Assembly: GCA_965277885.1 (NCBI GenBank)
Contig: CBDIDS010000003.1
Coordinates: forward strand, 3,019,205-3,083,204
Direction of reading: 5' to 3'
Length of the DNA: 64,000 nucleotides
From: Capsulimonadaceae bacterium
GTDB taxonomy: Bacteria; Armatimonadota; Armatimonadia; Armatimonadales; Capsulimonadaceae
Position numbers and translations under genes: made by a program
The notes under the pieces: model-generated
Seen by the model: only the letters and a program-made list of their open reading frames with translations
What the model was told of the DNA's origin: nothing
The model's database searches: none
Shown: positions 53,238-62,213 of the stretch, piece by piece
Layout of the letters: each line of letters opens with the position of its first letter
Numbering within the stretch: the first letter of the stretch is position 1

Positions 53238-55679
53238 TCAGTATGCCGACAGCTCGACGAACTTGGCGGGCAGGACGACGGGCTTGCCTCGCGCGAACTG
53301 GATTTCAAGACGCGGGGAAAGACGGTCGCCGCGAATGGCGAGGATGGTGCCGAGGCCGTGCTGGGAATGCTGGACACGCCCGCCGATTTTGAGTGTTTTG
53401 ATGTTGAGCGGCTGCGGCGTGGCGGCTTCGGGGGCAGTCGGGGCGTACTGGGAGAGGTCGGCGAAATCGTCTGCATTGGGAGAAACAGATGCGAACTGGG
53501 ACCACGGCGACAGATGCGCGGGAGTCAGGCCCAGTGGGCCGGCTAAGTTTTGCGACTGGGCGGCGGCAAACAGCGACTGCACCCGCGCGGCGGCAGCCGC
53601 GCTTTGCAATGCCGGATGCCAGGCGCTTAAGTAGCGCGTCATCTCAAGCTGAGACGCCAGGCGCAGAACGGCCAGCACGTCGGAAGTCCGCCACTCGGCG
53701 GGCGGGCGGGACAGGGCCGCGCCGAGAGACTGGACGCCCGCCAGCGTGTTTTTGTAGTCGGCTTCAATCAAGAACTGCGACGGCAGCTCGGTCTTGACCA
53801 GGTGCAGATGCAGGTCGGACTGGGTGCGGGTGAGGGCGACGTAAAAGAGGCGGCGCTCTTCTTCGAGTTCGTCCGGGCCGCCATAGGGGAAAATGCCCTG
53901 GTTGCAGTCCGGGACAAACACCGTCGGCCACTGCAAGCCTTTGGCCCGGAAGACCGTCAGGAGCGCGACGCCGTTTGTGCTGCTGTTCCCGACACCTGCC
54001 GCTTCCAGTGTATTCAAGTGCGCGAGGAGCGCCGTCAGCGTCGGCAGGCTTTGGGCGTAGCGCAGGAACGCTTCGACATTCGCGGCCCGCGCCTGCCCGG
54101 TTTCCGGGAAGCCGCTCGACTTCCGCAAAAAGTCGACATAGCCGATCTTCTTGTCGAGAAGTGTGAGCGCCGCCCCGGCGGGCAGCGTGTCCGAAGCGTT
54201 TGCGAGCCAGTGCAGCGTGTCGGCCAGATCGCCGAGACGCGCGGCCTGATGCGAAGGCGCGTCTTTGGCCGCCGCCATGAGCGCGTTCGGCAGCGAAGCG
54301 CCGCGCCTGACGGCCCGCGCAATTTCGTCGTTAAAGACTTTGGACAAGTACCGGGCGGGCTTGTTGGCGATTTGCGCCCAGCGCGTCTCCCAGCCGTCTT
54401 CTCTCCGTGCCAGCCGCACATAATCCAGCAGGGTCTTGACTTCAGGCCGGGCATAGAACGGCGACGAGCCGACGACTTTGTAGGGGATATTCGCCTCTAA
54501 AAGCCCCTGTTCGATAGGCGGCGTCTGGGCATACAGGCGCACCAGAACGGCGATTTCGCCCGGCTGCCGCCCGCTGTCCAGCGCCGACTTCACCAATCGC
54601 GCGAGATTTTGCCCCTGACTCTCCGGGGATGTTTCTTCATGGACTTCTAAGCTGCCGCCGAAGCCGCGCGTCAGGGACAGCCGCTTCGGCTCCCGCCGCC
54701 GGTTTTTCGCGATCATGGCGTTCGCCAATGCCAGCGGGGCGGCATGAGACCGGAAATTGTCGTGGATAAAGTATTTCGCCGCGCCGTAGCGCCGGGCAAA
54801 ATTCAGGATAAAACCCGGATCGGCCCCGCGCCACTCGTAAATGGTCTGGTCGTCGTCCCCGATCGCCATGTAATTTCGGTGCGGGAATGTCAAGAGGTCC
54901 AAAATCTCCGACTGGACTTTGTTGACGTCCTGGAACTCGTCTACCAGCACGCACGCGAACCGCCGCCGGGCGTCGGCGAGGACTTCCGGGTAACGATGCA
55001 GGCATTCCCACGCCGACAGCAGCATATCATCAAACGTCAGTATTCCCTCCTGCACCCGCACTTTTTCGTACAGGCCGTACAGGGCCGGATACCACCCGAA
55101 CCCCGCCGGGGCGGGGGCCTGCGCCGTCATCGCCAAAGCCGCCGCCGGCAGCTTTAATCGGGACACATCGGGATACCACAGATTGGCCTTCATCACGCCG
55201 ACATAGTTCAGGAAGTCGGGCCGATCCAAAGCATCCAGCTCGGCGGCATAAGAGACTTTTTCGCGCCACGCCTGCCCCAGTGTCATGCCGAGCAGACGCG
55301 AGTCGCTGCCTTCGTCCTCGGATCCCAATGCAAATTCGCGTCCCAGGCCCCGCCGCTGGGCGAGGCGCAGGATGCCGAGGCCGACGGCGTGGAGGGTCTG
55401 CACCTGCACCGAGCCGCAGTGCGGCCACCGGCCCAGCGCAGTCTTGATGTCTTTGACGGAGGCTTTGGAAAACGAGGTCGCGAGAATGGCGCCGGCCGGG
55501 AAAATCTGCTCCCGGACAAGCCGCTCAATCCGGTGGGTCATCGCTGTGGTTTTGCCGGCTCCGGCGACCGCAAACACGAGCGCCGGGCCTGCATCATGGG
55601 CGACAATCGCCTGCTGTTCTTCGGTGAGCTTGGCGGCAGGAAGAGCGGAAGCGGGGAGGGAAGGGAAAGCGGCTGGCAT
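53238..55679 (-). CDS. UvrD/Rep/PcrA-family (SF1A) helicase with C-terminal extension and Tudor-like tail
   Basis: LVFAVAGAGKTTAM, VLVDEFQDVN, IGDDDQTIYEWRGA, TVFRAKGLQWPTVFV, RRLFYVALTR. Terminal GRVQHSQHGLGTILAI. Confidence 0.9.
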   Translation of the reverse strand: MPAAFPSLPASALPAAKLTEEQQAIVAHDAGPALVFAVAGAGKTTAMTHRIERLVREQIFPAGAILATSFSKASVKDIKTALGRWPHCGSVQVQTLHAVGLGILRLAQRRGLGREFALGSEDEGSDSRLLGMTLGQAWREKVSYAAELDALDRPDFLNYVGVMKANLWYPDVSRLKLPAAALAMTAQAPAPAGFGWYPALYGLYEKVRVQEGILTFDDMLLSAWECLHRYPEVLADARRRFACVLVDEFQDVNKVQSEILDLLTFPHRNYMAIGDDDQTIYEWRGADPGFILNFARRYGAAKYFIHDNFRSHAAPLALANAMIAKNRRREPKRLSLTRGFGGSLEVHEETSPESQGQNLARLVKSALDSGRQPGEIAVLVRLYAQTPPIEQGLLEANIPYKVVGSSPFYARPEVKTLLDYVRLARREDGWETRWAQIANKPARYLSKVFNDEIARAVRRGASLPNALMAAAKDAPSHQAARLGDLADTLHWLANASDTLPAGAALTLLDKKIGYVDFLRKSSGFPETGQARAANVEAFLRYAQSLPTLTALLAHLNTLEAAGVGNSSTNGVALLTVFRAKGLQWPTVFVPDCNQGIFPYGGPDELEEERRLFYVALTRTQSDLHLHLVKTELPSQFLIEADYKNTLAGVQSLGAALSRPPAEWRTSDVLAVLRLASQLEMTRYLSAWHPALQSAAAAARVQSLFAAAQSQNLAGPLGLTPAHLSPWSQFASVSPNADDFADLSQYAPTAPEAATPQPLNIKTLKIGGRVQHSQHGLGTILAIRGDRLSPRLEIQFARGKPVVLPAKFVELSAY

Positions 55680-55686
55680 GACAGCT

Positions 55687-55716
55687 ATTATACACTATGG
55701 CATGAGAAGTTGTCAG
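55687..55716 (-). promoter_or_regulatory. Near-consensus sigma-70-type promoter placed so that the helicase mRNA would be leaderless
   Basis: On the minus strand: CTGACA (55716-55711), 18 nt, TATAAT (55692-55687), then 7 nt to the A of ATG 55679. No SD is present. Confidence 0.45.
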
Positions 55717-55734
55717 CCGAGGAGACAGCAGGGA

Positions 55735-55757
55735 AACCGGCACTGGAAGTGCCGGTT
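55735..55757 (-). terminator. Hairpin after the low-complexity gene (weak T tract)
   Basis: aaccggcac-tggaa-gtgccggtt, a 9-bp stem. Confidence 0.35.
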
Positions 55758-55770
55758 CCAGATGCCTCAT

Positions 55771-56064
55771 TCACGACCGGCCTACGCTGCTGACGCCGCC
55801 TAATCCGCCGGTCGGCGCGTCGGCGTCTTTTTGCGTGTCCGGCCCGCTCGGCGACATCTTCGGCGCCGCTGACGCTTTAGCTTCGTCGGCGACCGTGTCG
55901 CCGCTGTTGCCGGCAGTATCATCCAGGCTGCCCGCGTCGCCGAGGGCGCTGTCGCCGCCCATCAGCGTCTCGGCAGAGGGAACCGCTTGGCCCCCGCCGG
56001 TGGCTGTGCCGCCGGCGGCACTGGCCTCGGTTTCCGAAGGGCGGCTGCCGCCGGTCGCGGCCAC
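55771..56064 (-). pseudogene. 3' part of an acidic Gly/Thr/Ala/Asp-rich low-complexity gene separated from its 5' part by an IS remnant
   Basis: GGSRPSETEASAAGGTATGGG...DTVADEAKASAAPK...DADAPTGG has the same composition as ORF 56711-56941. Confidence 0.4.
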
Positions 56065-56085
56065 AGCGCCATCGCCAAGCAGACG

Positions 56086-56745
56086 TCATTTCGCTAATCT
56101 TCGCACCATCAAGTCATCGCGACTTGGAAGGCCAGGCTTGAGGCAGGGCGCCCTTTGGACAGACGCCGCTGCTTGCCCAGCCACGCGCGTGCGCTCTACC
56201 ACCCAGCGGCCGGCCGAAAAGGCGGCAGGCTTGACCACGATCTCAAGATCCAGGTTCAGCACGTCTTTCCACCAGCGGGCCGTCATAGTTGCCGTCCGCG
56301 AGACAGGCGCGGCAGTGTCAGCCAGACACGGCGCAGCAGGGCTTTGGCCCCCTCACCGCCTACATTGGCAGGCGTTACATGGCAGCCGAGCATGAAGCCT
56401 TCGGTGTCTACGAGTAAATGACGCTTCGCCAACGGTTGCCGTCAGCCGCGTGGCCCCCTTTTTCCGTCGTCACGGATTGGCGTCCAAGAATCACGCCCGT
56501 CGCAGCTCGGCATCATGCAGGCTTTGCCAGGTGCCGTCCTGCTTCGCCAGAAGTAGTAGTGGACCAGCGACCAGGGCGGCAGGTCGTCAGATTGCGCCGG
56601 CAGGTTCTTGATGACGTAAAAGAGCCGTTGGTCGCGCCGCTTAGCGGGCGGGGCGTCCGCCCGCTTTGGCGGCAGGCACGAGTGGTTCAAGGAGTTGCCC
56701 TGGGCATCGGTCAGGTCGGTCGAGTAGGCTTTTCTTCTTCGCCGG
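56086..56745 (-). pseudogene. Decayed IS5-family (DDE_Tnp_1-type) transposase remnant with multiple frame changes and an internal deletion
   Basis: Pieces in different frames: LTDAQ..LLEPLVPAAKAGGRPAR; RLFYVIKNLPAQSDDLPPWSLVHYYFWR; DGTWQSLHDA; ILGRQSVTTEKGG; KRHLLVDTEGFMLGCHVTPANVGGEGAKALL; DGNYDGPLV...LNLDLEIVVKP...GRWVVERT. Confidence 0.75.
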
Positions 56746-56941
56746 TTTCATTCACCGTAAAATCGCCGTCCAGGGCATCAAAGCTTTCGGGGATGGAATT
56801 CGGGCCGGGGGAAGGGCCGGTTTCGCCGGTCGGGTTCGGGTTGCCCGGCATCGGCATCTCGCTGTCGTTGAAGCCCTGCGGCGCATCCGTCAGCTCATGC
56901 AGGATCTTGTCTTTGTAATCTTCCGTGGTCATCTCGCTCAT
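56711..56941 (-). CDS. 5' part of the acidic low-complexity gene, now ending inside the IS remnant
   Basis: SD GGAGGA before ATG 56941. MSEMTTEDYKDKILHELTDAPQGFNDSEMPMPGNPNPTGETGPSPGP...DGDFTVNETGEEE, then KPTRPT-stop encoded by IS-derived sequence. Confidence 0.5.
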   Translation of the reverse strand: MSEMTTEDYKDKILHELTDAPQGFNDSEMPMPGNPNPTGETGPSPGPNSIPESFDALDGDFTVNETGEEEKPTRPT

Positions 56942-57007
56942 GGTACGTCCTCCAAAGGATTGTCTGAAGGTGATATACCCCGAAACAGCAAAAAGCCCCC
57001 GCGCACG

Positions 57008-57036
57008 AAAAAGCCCCCGCCGGGGAGGGCGGGGGC
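57008..57036 (-). terminator. Rho-independent terminator downstream of the porin gene and element A4
   Basis: gcccccgcc-ggggag-ggcgggggc (57013-57036), followed on the minus strand by T5 (A5 at 57008-57012). Confidence 0.7.
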
Positions 57037-57038
57037 AG

Positions 57039-57199
57039 GAACCCACCCCGCTCGTTCCTCGCGACCCTCCCGAAGCGGGAAGGTGAGGAGTTTCGGAGGA
57101 GGCGTAAGGGCGCTGCTTGCCGCGCCCTCTTTTTCTTGCTGTCTCTTGCTCCTTACCTTCCCGCTTCGGGAGGGTCGCGAGGAACGAGCGGGGTGGGTT
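57039..57199. repeat. MITE-like palindromic element, family A, copy 4
   Basis: gaacccaccccgctcgttcctcgcgaccctcccgaagcgggaaggt ... accttcccgcttcgggagggtcgcgaggaacgagcggggtgggtt. Confidence 0.85.
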
Positions 57200-57202
57200 G
57201 AT

Positions 57203-58876
57203 TTAGAACTTGACCTGGATTTCCCCGGTGAAAAGGCCGTAGCGCGGCGGCGTCGGCGTCCCCGGCTGGTGCGCGACCCGGTCCGCCTTCTCAAACCAGA
57301 ACCGCAGGCGTGTCGCTTTGTCCAAGTTGTACAAAGCTCCGTACCCGTTGTTCTCGTCCGTGTATGCCCCGCTGCCCCCCGGACCTTCGCCCCGGCGCAG
57401 CACGTCGTACTGGTACGCGAACGTCAGCGGGTGCGACCCCGTTTGCCCGAACGTGAACCCGGCATTGGCGTAGTAGCCGTCAATGTGGTTGTCTTTAGCA
57501 TACGCCGTGTTCAGGGCAAACGGCGTTGCGCTGTTGTTGTTGAAGAACGACCGCTGCTCGTACAGGCCGCCGACATACTCGGCGTTCAGGAACGGCCCCG
57601 ACGGCAGCGCAATCTGTACGTCCGCCCCGTACAGCTCCTTTTTGCGGCCCGTATAGGTCGAGCCGGTTCCCGCTGCCGGGAACCCCACCGTCGCCGGCGT
57701 GTTGATCTGGCCGTAGTAGTAGCTCCCGCCGATTCCCAGTACTTTGTTCGGCGACTGGTAGGCGATGCGGTACACCTGGTCCTTGAACTTGTCCGTGTCG
57801 TCCGAAGTCCGGCCCGTGCCGTTGATCAGCGCCGCCGTCAGCTTCAGGCCCGCCGGCAGAAACAAAAGCTGCTGCCCGGTGTTGTACGAAAACTGAATGC
57901 CCTTGTCGTAGTCCTGGGAATTAAAGATCCCCGCCCCGCTTTCCGAGAACGCCAGCGGGCGCTCCGGGCTGAGGAGGTTTGCCTGCGAGGCCGGCAGGTC
58001 ATACCCGAACGGCGTCGCGAACAGCCCCGCCGTCGTTGTCAGGTTCTTGGCCGCGCTGCCGTTGCCGCCGGTGTAGGCGACATACGCTTCCCGGACCGTC
58101 ACCTGCTGATTGGCGTTGGTTCCCGATGTCACCGCCCCGCTCGCGTCAATCTGCAAGCCGTACTTGGTGTTGTTCGTCACGCCGCCGGTGAACTTGAGGC
58201 GGGCGCGTCGCACGTCAAACGTGTTCTGGTCATTGCCCGACAGGTAGTTGCCGTTGTAGGCGCCGGCCCCGCCGGGAACCCCCTGCGGAAAGCGGTTCAG
58301 GGCGCCCTGGCCGGCAGACGCCCCCTGGTAGCGGGCCTGGATGTAGCCGGAAATCTGGAAGCGGCGATCGGCCCCGACGCCGTAGGAATTGTTGGCCGTG
58401 TCCTGGGCTTTGTTCGCCAGGGCTTTGGCGTCGAGAACGTCGGCGCGGAGGGCGTCAATGTTGTCCTGGGCAGTTCGCAGATTAGCCTGGATGGTGTCAA
58501 GCTCCGGGCGGAACTTGTCAATCAGGGCTTGGATCTGGTTCAGCTCATCCTGGGTGAGCGCAGACACCGGGGGCGTGCCGGGAGGCGGGTTTGCGCTGTT
58601 CATGTCGCCCAGCGTCCGCAGCAGCCGGTCAATGGCGACGGCGAACTCGTAGCGGGTCATGGGGCGCTTGCCGCCGTAAGTGCCGTCGGGGTAGCCGATG
58701 ACGATGCCTTTTTTGGCGAGGTCCTGGACGGCTTCATACGCCCAGTGGTTGGTAGGCGTGTCCAGAAACGGGGCTGCCTGGGCCGAAGCCGGGGAAGACA
58801 GTCCTGCGGTCAGGCCGCCGGCCAGAAAAAGCGCGGCGGCAGAGCCGATGATTTTGATGCGGCGCGATGATTTCAT
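57203..58876 (-). CDS. SLH-domain outer-membrane porin (SLH, coiled coil, beta-barrel)
   Basis: Signal peptide. FLDTPTNHWAYEAVQDLAKKGIVIGYPDGTYGGKRPMTRYEFA (SLH). Coiled-coil LNQIQALIDKF...IDALRADV. Alternating beta-strand pattern ending ...GEIQVKF. Confidence 0.85.
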   Translation of the reverse strand: MKSSRRIKIIGSAAALFLAGGLTAGLSSPASAQAAPFLDTPTNHWAYEAVQDLAKKGIVIGYPDGTYGGKRPMTRYEFAVAIDRLLRTLGDMNSANPPPGTPPVSALTQDELNQIQALIDKFRPELDTIQANLRTAQDNIDALRADVLDAKALANKAQDTANNSYGVGADRRFQISGYIQARYQGASAGQGALNRFPQGVPGGAGAYNGNYLSGNDQNTFDVRRARLKFTGGVTNNTKYGLQIDASGAVTSGTNANQQVTVREAYVAYTGGNGSAAKNLTTTAGLFATPFGYDLPASQANLLSPERPLAFSESGAGIFNSQDYDKGIQFSYNTGQQLLFLPAGLKLTAALINGTGRTSDDTDKFKDQVYRIAYQSPNKVLGIGGSYYYGQINTPATVGFPAAGTGSTYTGRKKELYGADVQIALPSGPFLNAEYVGGLYEQRSFFNNNSATPFALNTAYAKDNHIDGYYANAGFTFGQTGSHPLTFAYQYDVLRRGEGPGGSGAYTDENNGYGALYNLDKATRLRFWFEKADRVAHQPGTPTPPRYGLFTGEIQVKF

Positions 58877-59126
58877 GCGATGGGGTTTCCTTATCCTGCC
58901 GGTTTGTTTTGCGCGGCCTCGCTACGGGGTTTCTCCCGTGCGAATGCTCCTGATTGTCATGCTCATCCGAAATCTTGCTCATCTCAAAAGCTGCTCGTCA
59001 AGCCAGGCTCGGCAAGCATACTGCCGCCATTATACACTGAAAAATCCTGGGAATGACAAAATAAACGGCAAAAAAAGCAAAGATTTCAGGAATTATTCAT
59101 AATTTTCGGCTTCCGCCGCGAAAACC

Positions 59127-59366
59127 TTAGTCAAAATCGTCGCCCGTGTCGAGTTCGGCAACCGCCATCGCTTCCGCTTTGCCGGCATTGATCAGGCCCA
59201 AAGCCACCGCCGCCGTCACCATCGGCTCTCGCGCTTCCAGATCGTTCGCGTCCCCGACCGCGATCTCCGTGCCGTCACGGAAGCGCCAGAGTTCCCCGTC
59301 TACCATCCACGCCGTCGTCATGCGTATCTCAATAAAATAGACCCGGCTCACCCCGCTGCTGCTCAT
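59127..59366 (-). CDS. Small hypothetical protein (79 aa)
   Basis: ORF only. Confidence 0.3.
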   Translation of the reverse strand: MSSSGVSRVYFIEIRMTTAWMVDGELWRFRDGTEIAVGDANDLEAREPMVTAAVALGLINAGKAEAMAVAELDTGDDFD

Positions 59367-59544
59367 GGTCTGCTGTGTTCGCGATCCCCCACCGGCATTC
59401 CTGCGTCTTCTAAAGATTTCCCGCGCCCTCGCAGAACTACGGCGGTTGGCATGAATCTTGCAACATACTTACTTCAGGGCAAGGAACGTGCTTGCTGATC
59501 GCCTACCTGGTTATTTTCCGTCGCAGAAAGGTACGTTTTTCATC

Positions 59545-60417
59545 ATGCCCTCCACTTTTATCATGCCCTCCGCACACACGCCCAAGTTCTTCGGCAGCGC
59601 CGCGCTCCTGCTCGGCCTTGTCGTCGCGCCGCTCCTGCTCCCGCAGGCCGCCCGCGCCCAGTCGCTCACGCTCAACAGCGGCGACTTCATCACCGTCAGC
59701 GGCCTGGGAACCGCCGGGAAGATCGGCACGACCGTCTACACCCCGCCCAACGCCATGACGACCATCACCGCCACGAGCACCTTCTACGCCGTCGAGACCA
59801 GCGGCACCGCCGCCTTCACCCTCGCGGCGGGCGGCGCCCTCACCGCCAGCGGGCAGAACGGCACCGGGCTGGACATCGACGGCGGCAGCAGCCCCGTCAC
59901 CATCAGCGGCGGCGCCATCACCGCCAGCGGGTTTGGGGGCGTCGGGCTGTATGCCGCCGGCAGCGGCCCCGTGGACATCAGCGGCGGCACCTTCACCGCC
60001 AGCGGGAAGTTCGGCTACGGGCTGTTCGCCAGAGGCAGCGGCCCCGTGGACATCACCGGCGGCACCTTCACCGGCGGGCAGGGCGGTGACGGGCTGTTCG
60101 TCGACGGCATCGGGGTGATTGACCTGTTCGGGACGGGCTTCAGCTACACGGTGAATGGCATGACCACCCAAATCGCCAGCGGCGACCTGCCCAGCGGCAG
60201 CATTGCCGGCACCCTCGATGGGACGCTGCTCGACGGCCAGGCGCTGAACGCCACGAGCTTCGCTAACTTCGCCACCATCGAGTTCAACGTCGGCACTCCG
60301 CCTGCTGCGGCTGTCCCGGAAGCCTCCACGACCGCCTCGCTCGGCCTGCTTTTGACGCTCGGCCTGGGCAGCGTGGTCATCGCAGCCCGCAAGAAAAAAG
60401 CCGGTGCGGCGGGTTAG
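59545..60417 (+). CDS. Secreted repeat protein with PEP-CTERM sorting signal
   Basis: Signal peptide. Repeats ISGGAITASGFGGVGLYAAGSGPVD / ISGGTFTASGKFGYGLFARGSGPVD / ITGGTFTGGQGGDGLFVDG. C-terminal VPEASTTASLGLLLTLGLGSVVIAARKKK. ATG 59545 or 59563 (12-bp duplication atcatgccctcc). Confidence 0.85.
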   Translation: MPSTFIMPSAHTPKFFGSAALLLGLVVAPLLLPQAARAQSLTLNSGDFITVSGLGTAGKIGTTVYTPPNAMTTITATSTFYAVETSGTAAFTLAAGGALTASGQNGTGLDIDGGSSPVTISGGAITASGFGGVGLYAAGSGPVDISGGTFTASGKFGYGLFARGSGPVDITGGTFTGGQGGDGLFVDGIGVIDLFGTGFSYTVNGMTTQIASGDLPSGSIAGTLDGTLLDGQALNATSFANFATIEFNVGTPPAAAVPEASTTASLGLLLTLGLGSVVIAARKKKAGAAG

Positions 60418-60436
60418 AAAGTCACGGCATTGGCGC

Positions 60437-60461
60437 ACCCGGATTAAAATCCGGGTCTTTT
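60437..60461 (+). terminator. Rho-independent terminator of the PEP-CTERM gene
   Basis: acccgga-ttaaaa-tccgggt followed by cTTTT. Confidence 0.65.
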
Positions 60462-60549
60462 GAAGTGCGATTGTCTGCCTTCGCAGACACAAGAGAAAAA
60501 TAGCCTCTGCGTCGGCTCCTATGTCCACGCAGGTGGACAATCAATCACA

Positions 60550-60574
60550 AAAGACCCGGATTTCCAATCCGGGT
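60550..60574 (-). terminator. Rho-independent terminator of the terminase gene
   Basis: On the minus strand: acccgga-ttggaaa-tccgggt followed by cTTTT. Confidence 0.6.
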
Positions 60575-60615
60575 TTCTTTACATCCCGGCCCCTCTCACT
60601 CCTCTCTGACCTGCC

Positions 60616-62058
60616 TCACTCCCGCCCGGCCAGCCCGCTTGACGACCCCAGCAAAATGCCATGCCCGCCGCGATGCACCGCGCTTGGGTCAGGCGCGGCG
60701 TAGAACGCCAGCGCCAGCGAAATGACGCAGTCGTCGTGGCCGCCGGACTGGGCGGCCATTTTCAGGCGGCCCGGCCCGCCCGGCGCGTACTCGAAGCAGC
60801 GCAGCTCGTTTAACAGCGCTTTGTGCGGCGGGAACTGCACCGCGCGGGCGGCCAGGCCGACATTCAAGCGGTCAATGAGCTGCTGCTTGCTTTCGGCGCT
60901 GAACGTGAACCGCTCCACCTGCGGGCGGTAGGCGGCGCGGGGAATGAGCCTCCGAAGCTGGGCATCCAGCATCTCGGCAATCGGGTCGCCGATGGAGTTG
61001 CCGTCGGCCAGCACCCGCCGGGGCAGAAACCGGGCCAAAATCGCCGCCGTGTCCGCCGCCTGCTGGTCCCAGCTTGTGCCGCGCCACCGGCTCAGATGGA
61101 CCAGTTTGGCGGGCGACTGGTCGGCGTCCAGAACCGTCACGACCGTGTAGTCCCACTTGCGGCCCCAGTCAATGCCCGCGACGTAATACCGGCCCGGCAC
61201 AGGCTCAGACAGAACTTCGGTGCGCTCGATCCGAACGCCGTCAATCTCGGCTATCGCTGCCGAAATCTCATCTTCCCGAAAGACCATGCCGAAGTCGTCC
61301 AAAAACTGGGCTTCAAACTCCTGCGCGTACAGCGCTTCTCCCATGTCTTCGCGCTGCGACGCCAGCCACGCCGAGTCGAGATGCGCCCTGTTGTCGGTCG
61401 TCGGACACTGGAACGCTTGATACGTCACCCCGCTCGGCGACTGTTTCAGTACCAAGCCTCGCGCAAACAGCGTGTAGAACGCCGACCGGCGGCCATTGGG
61501 CGATGACGCCAGCAGGTACTCGCCGCCTTTGTCCGCCAGCATCGGCGGCAGCACTTCGCGCAGCACCCGTTCGGGGACATGCGCGGCCTCATCCACGATG
61601 ATCCGGTGCGCCCACAGCCCGCGTAAGTTGCGCCCGTCCCGCCCCGCCGTCCGGCACAAAACGAGCGACGGCTCCAGGCCGGGCTGGGTGGGAACCACCG
61701 TCAGCGTCAAATGCGGGCGTGACCGAACCACGAATTTTCGGTCTGCTAAACTTTCGTCGCCGGACGCGAACGCCTTTTCCAAGCGCTCCCAAACCGCCTC
61801 GCCGAGAAGCCGCGCCTGCGCCTCGGTCGGGGCCACGACAAGCTGATGCGAGCCGCGCTCTGCCAGCGCCAAAGACGCAATATCCACGCTTAAACTCTCG
61901 GTCTTGCCCCAGCGCCGCCCGCAGGCGGCGATCCGCACCGACGCCGCCGCGCAGAAAAGCCGCCGCTGGGCTTCATGCGGCTGCCATTGCCACCATTGTT
62001 TCGCAAGCTCTAGCCGCGCCGCCGCGCTTGCCCGGCGCTCTTGTTTTGTCCGCCACAT
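60616..62058 (-). CDS. Phage terminase large subunit-like protein, isolated
   Basis: Walker A-like AACGRRWGKTE, Walker B IIVDEAAHV, RNaseH-like nuclease half YVAGIDWGRKWDYTVVTVLD...GDPIAEML...GGHDDCV. Confidence 0.8.
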   Translation of the reverse strand: MWRTKQERRASAAARLELAKQWWQWQPHEAQRRLFCAAASVRIAACGRRWGKTESLSVDIASLALAERGSHQLVVAPTEAQARLLGEAVWERLEKAFASGDESLADRKFVVRSRPHLTLTVVPTQPGLEPSLVLCRTAGRDGRNLRGLWAHRIIVDEAAHVPERVLREVLPPMLADKGGEYLLASSPNGRRSAFYTLFARGLVLKQSPSGVTYQAFQCPTTDNRAHLDSAWLASQREDMGEALYAQEFEAQFLDDFGMVFREDEISAAIAEIDGVRIERTEVLSEPVPGRYYVAGIDWGRKWDYTVVTVLDADQSPAKLVHLSRWRGTSWDQQAADTAAILARFLPRRVLADGNSIGDPIAEMLDAQLRRLIPRAAYRPQVERFTFSAESKQQLIDRLNVGLAARAVQFPPHKALLNELRCFEYAPGGPGRLKMAAQSGGHDDCVISLALAFYAAPDPSAVHRGGHGILLGSSSGLAGRE

Positions 62059-62136
62059 TCCCTCGCCTGCTTTCCGCCCCCCCCGCTGTCACAATACCAC
62101 AAATAGCGAACATTTGTTCTATTTCTTGCGAAACGT

Positions 62137-62164
62137 TTGACAGAAACTAAAACCGTGCTAGAAT
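62137..62164 (+). promoter_or_regulatory. Near-consensus sigma-70-type promoter upstream of the GGDEF gene
   Basis: TTGACA (62137-62142), 16 nt, TAGAAT (62159-62164), ~50 nt before ATG 62214. Confidence 0.5.
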
Positions 62165-62213
62165 AAGAAATCGGGATGCTCTTGTGCCGCAGCCTGAGAA
62201 GTGAGAGTAACCC

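Larger units (their letters stand above)
60436..60577. repeat. Palindromic intergenic element whose two ends are inverted copies of a terminator hairpin
   Basis: acccggattaaaatccgggtctttt (60437-60461) and, inverted, aaaagacccggatttccaatccgggt (60550-60574). Inner inverted pair gattgtc/gacaatc and hairpins gtctgc-cttc-gcagac, gtccac-gcag-gtggac. Confidence 0.7.

Noticed and set aside
10470-57199. Possibility that the dispersed GC-rich repeats (families A and B) are CRISPR repeats or tRNA-like genes.
   Set aside because: Each copy is an isolated inverted-repeat hairpin in a different intergenic gap, not a regularly spaced direct-repeat array. No cloverleaf or anticodon structure is evident.
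59029-59059. Promoter for the SLH-porin gene (TTGTCA, 19 nt, TATAAT on the minus strand).
   Set aside because: The -10 element is perfect, but the 19-nt spacer is long and the implied 5' UTR would be ~150 nt. It is plausible but not supportable without transcript data.
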